NCBI GenBank assembly: GCA_002104945.1
Contig: MCFH01000093.1
Span: forward strand, 1-64,000
From: Piromyces finnis finn
Taxonomy: Eukaryota; Fungi; Neocallimastigomycota
DNA length: 64,000 nt
Direction of reading: 5' to 3'
Under the pieces are notes generated by a model. It made no database searches, had not been told where the DNA came from, and was given only the letters and a program-made list of their open reading frames with translations. Within the stretch, counting starts at the first letter, position 1. The number at the start of each line of letters is the position of its first letter. The translations under genes were made by a program, and so were the position numbers. Of this stretch, positions 54,789 to 64,000 are shown piece by piece.

Positions 54789-57700
54789 CAAAATTTTGTT
54801 ATGGGACAAAATTATGGTATCCATTAGTTGCGCTGGCCCTCCTGGCCTGTCTTACTATTTCTTCACCATTGAGGTTCTTGGCTGTTGTTTCAAATCTTTT
54901 GAACATTTACCATTGCTGGCCAATAATAAAAGGCATAATTTTGGTTAAAAGCTCCGATGTTACCGTCAAGAATGGTATTCCTTCTACAGTACCCGATTGA
55001 ATCTAACACTTGCAAAGTTCTTTCCATTCCCTTAAATTGTAATTGATATTATTAAAACTTCATCTCTTCAAGGAATAATTTAAATTTTTTATTGCACACA
55101 CTAGAATAATCATATACATTAATATTCACCAGATTATTAGAACTATTACTATTATTAACTAAATAACTATCTAAATTAAAATTATTATCTTCACTATTGC
55201 TATTACTACTATTATTATTAATATTATTAAAATTATTATTATTAATACTAAAGTTACTATTACTACTACTACTACTACTACTACTATTATTATTATTGCT
55301 AAATTTACTAATGTAAATATTTTCATTATTATTGATGGGATTGTTGGAATTACGTTGACTGAAAAAATTTAATAGTTGGATTATATAATTTAATTGTAAT
55401 GTTTAATATGGACAATCTAATAACCAATATTTAATACTTTGATCTTCACTCTTGAAACATGGACAGTAGTTAGGGCAAACTGAATCACTTGTGAGTTAAG
55501 TACTAGCTTTTTGAAAGGAATAGGAATATTAGGATTTCTTAAGAATTTGCTGACAGAGAAAAGTCCTTTCAAAACCTTGTTATTAAGAGCTTTAATAACC
55601 CTAGTTTTCCTGCTAAGTAAAATGTTGGATCTTTCTTGCTCTGATTTTCTAATAATTCAGGACGAACCACCATCGTTGAACATTTCTGGATACTAAATTC
55701 CATTTCATTATACAAAGTCTATTCATTAACTCTTTTTAGCATCTTTTTTTTAAGCATCCTCTTGATGGAGCACAAATAACTATATCATCTGCAAAAAGTC
55801 CACCACAGCATCAAGTGCCACCTAAACTGACTCCGAGATCTTCGCACTCTTTAAAAATATCATTAATAAAGAGATTAAAGAGAATAGGAGAAAGAGGGCA
55901 TCCTTGACGGACTCCTTTCTTCACATCAAAAGATTTCGAGAATTGTCCATCTAATTTGACATTAGCCTTAGATGTTAAATATAAATTTTTGATAAATTGT
56001 AGACTCTTACCTCGGATTCCTAAACAATCTAATTTATGGAGAATATTACCGATTGGGACTGAATCGTATGCTTTCCTGAGATCTAAAAAGGCCAAATATG
56101 TCTCTTTATTATCTAATTGACGTCTACGGCATATTTCTTGGATTGAAATGAAAAGACTAATACTTTCTTCCTTTTTTCGAAAACCAAATTGTTCAGGTCT
56201 AATGAAATTATTCTTTAGACCATATTCTGAGATTCTAGTGGTGACAATTTTGGAAATCAACTTAATACCATTATTGATAAGTGATATACCTCGATAGTTA
56301 TCACAATCTGTCAAATCTCCCTTCTTAGGAATAGAAACAATACTGGATTCATTCCATGAGTTGGGGAAATCTCCATCCCAAATACGGTTGAATAATTTAA
56401 GAATAAAATTTAAACCATGAGCATCATTATCTGAAGTAGTATTACCAGAAGAATTATTATCTGTAGCATTATTAGAATCATTACTTGATGGAACTAATGC
56501 TTTGTAAAATTCAATTGGAATACCATCCGGACCTGATGCTTTATAATTTGGAGTAGAGAGGATAGCTGACTTGACTTCATCAATACTAATATCTTGGTTG
56601 ATATCCCACTCATCAAGCATAGGAAGTGAAAAACGTTTATTCGTTGGTTCTTCATACCAATGCTCCAAATCAAGACTTACACCACTTGGATCTGATGCAA
56701 GCTTTTCGAAATGATCATGCCACACTTCTAGTTGTTCTTCCGTAGCAACAACTAATTCTCCATTTTTATTTTTAATTGGTTGAGCAATAAAGAAAGAATC
56801 TTTTCCAATTTTTGCAGTTTTCTTGATCCATTTCCAGGCCTTCTTAGGATTATGACTCTTCATATACTCACATCCTGTTTTAATCCAATGAAGATATTCT
56901 TGCTTCCTAAATTCATTACATCTTTTGTGGATGTAATCAATGAGTTTACGGTAGATTTTAATTCTTTTAATAAATTCATCTATATCATAAATTCTTTCTT
57001 TTTTAAATCTCTTATACAACTTCATTTTGATTTTTTGAAGATTAAAAATTTGTTGTGAAATATGAAATGAAGACTTTATAACATTATTTGCTGAAGTAAT
57101 ACTGAGCTCGTCTGCAATTGAAAAAGCAGTTGAAGTAAACTCTTTGGAAAGTTCATCTGTAGAAACATTAGGATCGTTGAATTTTGCTGAAAGTATTTGG
57201 AATTTATTATGACTGAGAATAGATTCCTTTTCCTCAATACATTTTAATCTATTCCATTTCAGAATTTTCTTAGGAACATTAAAGTCATTAGAAAAATCTT
57301 CCATAGGAATAATTTTACCATTAATAAGAAGTGGCTTATGGTCTGATACTGGATAAAAATTATTTATAAATGATCCTGAGTGAATAAGATCTTTCATCTT
57401 CGAATTGATAAGAGCATGGTCAATGTCGGAAGATTGATCACCTCGAGTCCAAGAGATAGTAGACCCTCTAAGCGGAAGAATTTCCCGATCTCCTAATCCA
57501 TTAGTTGATAACCAGTTGGATAATTTTACTTTAGACATATTAAAATCACCAACAAGAATCGATGGATGGGATGAATGAGTTTGTAACCACAAGCGAACTT
57601 CTAACTTTGCATGATCAACATAGATGTTGTGATGACTATGAGGCATATAAACATTTCCAATCGAGCATTTAAATCTATTCCAGAGACTAAAAGTATAAAT

Positions 57701-59380
57701 AGAAATAATATACTTTCCAGAGAAGTTTTCAAGTGAGGCTTGACACGAATTGTGAAAACCTAAATATAAACCTCTCATTCCAGGAACTGATTCGTCAGCT
57801 TTCTTGAAAAAGTGTCTATAGTTTCGCAAAGTAACACGACAAGGATAATCTGTATTCGAACCAGAACCATTACCAGTTTCTTGGAAACATAAAAATAATG
57901 GTTTGAAAATAGCTGTGAAATAGCTAATACTATCTCTCTTTTCGTGATTCCACCCATTGGTGTTCCAACTAAGACAAAAAGAAAAGTTATCAGGCTTGTT
58001 GGATGAGGAAGAATCGTTGCTATTATTATTATTATTAAAGTCATCGTTATTAATGGATGATGCATCAGAGGAATAAGTAGAACTATTACTAGATGGCTGT
58101 GAAACTGAAGAACTATCAACTATTGAACTTTTATCAGAGTTGATAGAACTATTAGAATTAATTGTTGAATGTTGAGATTGAAATTGTGTTTGTTGTAGAT
58201 CTGGAATATTTTCATGATGGGAAACTTGTTGAAGATCTTGTTGAAGATCTTGTTGAAGATCGGATTGTTGATGAGATTGTTGAACTGATTGTTGAAATGA
58301 TTGTTGAATAGAATGTTGATGTTTATTAGAAACTAAAATTTTACGTTTGAGAGTGGAAAAAGTGTATTTGTGATTCCTTCTACTACGAGCTGAAAAGGAA
58401 ATTGAGGTAACTGAAAGTTTCTTCTTTAACATGTGTAAGATTTTAATACAATCTTTTGATGAACCATGAACCTTGACTAAGAAAAAGTGATCATTGAAAG
58501 TCTGAAAATATTTAACACTAATAATTGAATTAAATTTATCTTCTAGAATAACCTCGAGTTTTTCCCATAGCATATTTACTGACCATGATCGAATACCACG
58601 GATAAAGAAGGAGCGAATATCATCTAAGGGGATACCATAAGACCGGGTACCACGTCTGATATAATTCTTATCTTTAATATAAAGGACTGACATGATAATT
58701 AATTCTAATTAAAAAATATTGAATATAAAATAAATACTAATAAAAATTATAAATATAACGTATATGGAAAAAAATTTGTCTCTCTCTCTCTTCTTAAAAG
58801 TACTGGATAGTACAAAAATTGTTACGATGCTTTGTTTAAAGTTTCTTTTTTTTTTTGAATTCTAGTTGTAAATTTTCTTTAAAAATTCTAGTTTTGGTTT
58901 GTTGTTAGTAAATTCGATTCGCTTTTGACACTAAACTTGTTTGACTTTACTTTTCATTAAATATTTAAATTGGTAAAAAATTTGAATCAAGAATGTCGAC
59001 ACCAGAAAGCTTGTGAATAGTATTTTTACATGATGTAGAGTGAATCAGTCTCTTACAAGAACAATACAACAATAGCTACATGAATATAAAAATACAATGC
59101 AAATGCTAAAGTTGACTACATTGGATTCTTACAAGAGAAGAGTAGTACTACATGAATACATGAATAAAAGAAAAAATACAGCAACAAAATGTATTACTCT
59201 TCTAATTAAATACTATACAAACTTACCTGAATATCAAACATTCAACTTATTCATCAAATACTTAAATTCGATGAATAAAATGTTTTTTAATCGCTCAGTA
59301 CCATGAGCTTAGTCCTAATAATTTTCCCTTAAAGACTAACCAAGCATCCATTGCGCAATACTTGGATTTAATTCTTTCTA

Positions 59381-59383
<3 letters not shown>
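54789..59383 (-). mobile_element. Near full-length APE-type LINE (copy 0): about 690-nt leader, open 960-aa 5' ORF, then nonsense codon and decayed, deleted 3' part; lacks 3' UTR and poly(A)
   Basis: Endonuclease motifs WNTNG, FQET, VGDFN, DIDH, SDH and RT motifs up to GCPLSPILFNLFIND. TGA at 55811-55813 where the young copy has CGA. Deletions of about 540 bp (near 55482) and about 70 bp (near 55600) relative to the young copies. Assigning the whole leader to the element is inference. Confidence 0.88.
55811..58693 (-). pseudogene. LINE ORF (N-terminal basic region, Gln/Ser tract, APE endonuclease, N-terminal part of RT), truncated before the FADD motif
   Basis: 960-aa ORF from the track; motifs ASGPDGIP, PKKGDLTDCDNYRGISL, FLDLRKAYDSVP, GVRQGCPLSP. 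Confidence 0.9.
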
Positions 59384-59423
<40 letters not shown>

Positions 59424-59984
59424 GGCATCAAATATTTTAAACTTTATTATTAATTTAATTAAAATTATAATACATGTAATATAAAAATTAAAATAAAATA
59501 AAAATAAAAAAAATATGTTTAAATAAACACAAATGAATAAAAATTGGGTATAATGTATTCTAGTAATTTTAATTAAAGTAAGAAAGCCACTATCATACTA
59601 AAGTATAATAATTGTATTTGACTTCCAATGGGACACCGAGCCAAAGATCAAAATTTTGTCATGGAACAAAATTATGATCTCCATTGGTTGCGCTGGCCCT
59701 CCTGGCCTGTCTTACTGTTTCTTCAGCATTGACGCTCTTGGATGTTGCTTCAAACCTTTTGAACATTGACCATTGCTGGCCAATAGCAAAAGGCATGATT
59801 TTGGTTAGAAGTTCCGCGGTTACCGTCAAGAATGGTATTCCTTCGTTAGTACCAGATTGAATCTGACGCTTACAAAGTTCTTTCCATTCCCTTGAATTGT
59901 AATTAATATTATTAAAACTTCTTCCCCCAAGAAGGAATTTAAATATTTTACTGCACACACTAGAATAATCATACACATTAATAT
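59384..59984 (-). mobile_element. Young 5'-truncated LINE (copy 1) with 37-nt poly(A)
   Basis: T37 at 59384-59420, followed by a 3' UTR and ORF end near-identical to copies 2 and 3. Confidence 0.92.
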
Positions 59985-60007
59985 AGGTGTGATTTGACTC
60001 GGTAGGA

Positions 60008-60194
60008 TTTTTTTTTTTTTTTTTTTTTTTAAACTTTATTGTTAATTTAATTAAAATAATAATAAAGCTTATAAAAAATAAAATTAAAAATAAAACACCG
60101 AGGCAAATATCAAGGAGTTAAGAATATTTTAAATAGGTATTATTTACATTTTTTTTTTTTCGTGCTTTTGTACTTTTGTAAAATGAAATAAACC

Positions 60195-60198
<4 letters not shown>
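60008..60198 (-). mobile_element. Short poly(A)-tailed retroposed segment sharing the LINE 3'-terminal motif (related family 3' end or SINE-like)
   Basis: T23 at 60008-60030, then AAACTTTATTGTTAATTTAATTAAAAT (LINE: AAACTTTATTATTAATTTAATTAAAAT) and CACCGAGGCAAA (LINE: CACCGAGCCAAA); the rest is divergent. Confidence 0.55.
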
Positions 60199-60240
<42 letters not shown>

Positions 60241-61734
60241 GGCATCAAATATTTTAAACTTTATTATTAATTTAATTAAAATTATAATACATGTAATAAA
60301 AAATTAAAAATAAATAAAAATAAAAAAAATATGTTTAAATAAACACAAATGAATAAAAATTGGGTATAATGTATTCTAGTAATTTTAATTAAAGTAAGAA
60401 AGCCACTATCATACTAAAGTATAATAATTGTATTTGACTTCCAATGGGACACCGAGCCAAAGATCAAAATTTTGTCATGGAACAAAATTATGATCTCCAT
60501 TGGTTGCGCTGGCCCTCCTGGCCTGTCTTACTGTTTCTTCAGCATTGACGCTCTTGGATGTTGCTTCAAACCTTTTGAACATTGACCATTGCTGGCCAAT
60601 AGCAAAAGGCATGATTTTGGTTAGAAGTTCCGCGGTTACCGTCAAGAATGGTGTTCCTTCATTAGTACCAGATTGAATCTGACGCTTACAAAGTTCTTTC
60701 CATTCCCTTGAATTGTAATTAATATTGTTAAAACTTCTTCCCCCAAGAAGGAATTTAAATATTTTACTGCACACACTAGAATAATCATACACATTAATAT
60801 TCACCGGATTATTAGAACTATTACTATCATTAACTAAATTACTATCTAAATTAGAATTATTATCTTCACTATTGCTATCATTATTAATATTATTATTTCT
60901 ATTACTACTATTGTTATTATTACTATTGTTATTATTACTATTGTTATTATTATTATTGTTACTATTACTATTACTGTTATTGCTATCTCTACTGACATTA
61001 TCAATTTCATTATTATTGATAGGACTATTGGAATTACGTTGACTGAAAAAATTTAATAGCTGGACTATGGAATCATAATGTTTAATACGGATATCTCTAA
61101 ATGTTGGACAATCTAATAACCAATGTTTAATACTTTGATCTCCACACTTGCAACATGGACAGTAGTTAGGACAAACTGGATCAACAAATTTAGCAGCTTT
61201 GGCAACTCTAGCATCCAACTTATATCCGCTTCTTGCTTTCAATAGCCAGTAGAAGCCATAGGCAAACTCTGGGTACTCATAACATAATTTAATAAAATCT
61301 TTAGTTTCAATAAATTTATTATCATCATAATATTGCGCTTTGATTGAATTCCCTTTGAGATCTTTCCAATAAAAGTTTTTAACTGCTTTAACATCTCCAT
61401 GCTTCTTTAGTTTTTTTTCAAGTGTCCTACTTGATTTGCACCACGTGTATTTTCTAAATTTAGGAATGTAATTGACAAGGTGTGAGATAATACAATTTGA
61501 GTTTTTCCATTTGTTAAAACATCTAACCTGAGCTAACGCACATTTGGCTGACAATGGAGGAATATTCAAATCTTTTGAGATAGAGTATAAAGATATAAAC
61601 GATACGGCTTTATGAACTCCGGCAACCCATCGTATTCCTTTGTTAACATGCTTCTGAGCAATCCTAGACCTAGCTTTGTTGGATCCAAGTAATGGTGCAA
61701 AGTATGAAACTCTGCTAATCACTTGAGAGTTAAG

Positions 61735-61737
<3 letters not shown>
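60199..61737 (-). mobile_element. Young 5'-truncated LINE (copy 2) with 39-nt poly(A)
   Basis: T39 at 60199-60237. Encodes the post-RT region, the C-terminal zinc motif CPCCKCGDQSIKHWLLDC and an Asn/Ser tract. Confidence 0.93.
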
Positions 61738-61777
<40 letters not shown>

Positions 61778-64000
61778 GGCATCAAATATTTTAAACTTTA
61801 TTATTAATTTAATTAAAATTATAATACATGTAATAAAAAAATTAAAATTAAAATAAAAATAAAAAAAAATATGTTTAAATAAACACAAATGAATAAAAAA
61901 TTGGGTATAATGTATTCTAGTAATTTTAATTAAAGTAAGAAAGCCACTATCATACTAAAGTATAATAATTGTATTTGACTTCCAATGGGACACCGAGCCA
62001 AAGATCAAAATTTTTTCATGGAACAAAATTATGATCTCCATTGGTTGCGCTGGCCCTCCTGGCCTGTCTTACTGTTTCTTCAGCATTGACGCTCTTGGAT
62101 GTTGCTTCAAACCTTTTGAACATTGTCCATTGCTGGCCAATAGCAAAAGGCATGATTTTGGTTAGAAGTTCCGCGGTTACCGTCAAGAATGGTGTTCCTT
62201 CATTAGTACCAGATTGAATCTGACGCTTACAAAGTTCTTTCCATTCCCTTGAATTGTAATTAATATTGTTAAAACTTCTTCCCCCAAGAAGGAATTTAAA
62301 TATTTTACTGCACACACTAGAATAATCATACACATTAATATTCACCGGATTATTAGAACTATTACTATCATTAACTAAATTACTATCTAAATTAGAATTA
62401 TTATCTTCACTATTGCTATCATTACTAATATTATTATTTCTATTATTGTTATTATTACTATTGTTACTATTACTATTGTTACTATTACTATTGTTATTAC
62501 TACTATTGTTACTATTACTATTAATGTTATTACTATCTCTACTGATATTATCAATTTCATTATTATTGATAGGACTATTGGAATTACGTTGACTGAAAAA
62601 ATTTAATAGCTGGACTATGGAATCATAATGTTTAATACGGATATCTCTAAATGTTGGACAATCTAATAACCAATGTTTAATACTTTGATCTCCACACTTG
62701 CAACATGGACAGTAGTTAGGACAAACTGGATCAACAAATTTGGCAGCTTTGGCAACTCTAGCATCCAACTTGTATCCGCTTCTTGCTTTCAATAGCCAGT
62801 AGAAGCCATAGGCAAACTCTGGGTACTCATAACATAATTTAATAAAATCTTTAGTTTCAATAAATTTATTATCATCATAATATTGCGCTTTGATTGAATT
62901 CCCTTTGAGATCTTTCCAATAAAAGTTTTTAACTGCTTTAACATCTCCATGTTTCTTTAATTTTTTATCAAGTGTCCTACTTGATTTGCACCACGTGTAT
63001 TTTCTAAATTTAGGAATGTAATTGACAAGGTGTGAGATAATACAATTTGAGTTTTTCCATTTGTTAAAACATCTAACCTGAGCTAACGCACATTTGGCTG
63101 ACAATGGAGGAATATTCAAATCTTTTGAGATAGAGTATAAAGATATAAACGATACAGCTTTATGAACTCCGGCAACCCATCGTATTCCTTTGTTAACATG
63201 CTTCTGAGCAATCCTAGACCTAGCTTTGTTGGATCCAAGTAATGGTGCAAAGTATGAAACTCTGCTAATCACTTGTGAGTTAAGTACTAGTTTTTTGAAA
63301 GGAATAGGAATATTAGGATTTCTTAAGAATTTACTGACTGAGAAAAGTCCTTTCAAAACCTTGTTATTAAGAGCTTTAATTACTGGTTTAAGGGACAGAT
63401 TCTTATCAAATGGAACACCAAGATAAGTATAGCAATCAGTAGTTGGAATGGGTTGTCCTGCTAAGTAAAATGTTGGATCTCTCTTGTTCTGATTTTCTAT
63501 TGATTCAGGACGAATCACCATCGTTGAACATTTCTGGATACCAAATTCCATTTCATTATACAGTGCCCATTCATTAACTCTTCTAAGCATCTTTTTTAAG
63601 CATCCTCTTGTTGGAGCACAAATAACTATATCATCTGCAAAAAGTCCACCACAGCATCGAGTGTCACCTAAACTGACTCCTAGATCTTCGCACTCTCTAA
63701 ATATATCATTAATAAAGAGATTAAAGAGAATAGGAGAAAGAGGGCATCCTTGACGGACTCCTTTCTTCACATCAAAAGATTTCGAGAATTGTCCATCTAA
63801 TTTGACATTAGCCTTAGATGTTAAATATAAATTTTTGATAAATTGTAAACTCTTACCTCGGATTCCTAAACAATCTAATTTATGGAGAATATTACCGATT
63901 GGGACTGAATCGTATGCTTTCCTGAGATCTAAAAAGGCCAAATATGTCTCTTTATTATCTAATTGACGTCTACGGCATATTTCTTGGATTGAAATGAAAA
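61738..64000 (-). mobile_element. Young LINE (copy 3) with 37-nt poly(A), open RT-to-C-terminus ORF (62016-63941+), continues beyond the window
   Basis: T37 at 61738-61774; RT motifs FLDLRKAYD, QGCPLSP, LFADD, YLGV; C-terminal CCHC-like motif. Confidence 0.95.

Noticed and set aside
55811-55813. CGA-to-TGA change as evidence of RIP or methylation-driven mutation
   Set aside because: A single site; other differences between old and young copies show no obvious dinucleotide bias by eye.
59097-59306. 69-aa plus-strand ORF in the LINE leader, and other short ORFs in the track (5227, 14002, 15210, 21807, 23466, 50237)
   Set aside because: Low-complexity AT-driven translations with no motifs, or antisense/alternate frames of real genes.
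60475-61785. 436-aa ORF starting MMPLKKKKKK
   Set aside because: The start is an artefact: the last bases and poly(A) of copy 3 happen to be in frame with truncated copy 2.

Overview
Very AT-rich eukaryotic DNA with short GT-AG introns. Secreted CotH proteins carrying paired fungal non-catalytic dockerins (CBM10-type) point to an anaerobic gut fungus (Neocallimastigomycota); this assignment is inference. Left to right, the window holds: a 14-exon receptor-like protein with plant-type LRRs, ten of them on exact 72-bp exons (211-2858); a STK32/YANK-like kinase; a tandem pair of GPI-anchored surface protein genes with a broken 28S rDNA fragment between them; a CsgA-like short-chain dehydrogenase; an AT-hook/bHLH-Zip transcription factor flanked by two (AGTAAT)n arrays; two CotH-dockerin paralogs (one with a +1 frameshift) separated by an old LINE remnant; an intact, very young Ty1/copia element (identical 235-bp LTRs, AAATG target duplication) whose primer-binding site matches a tRNA-Lys(CUU) anticodon arm; the PP2A scaffold A subunit; and a >9 kb head-to-tail chain of co-oriented LINE copies joined poly(A) to 5' end that runs off the window. 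The three most interesting leads are the LINE chain (architecture resembles retrotransposon telomeres), the one-exon-per-LRR receptor and the apparent half-tRNA-Lys priming of the copia element. Exon boundaries were read by eye and need RNA-seq confirmation.
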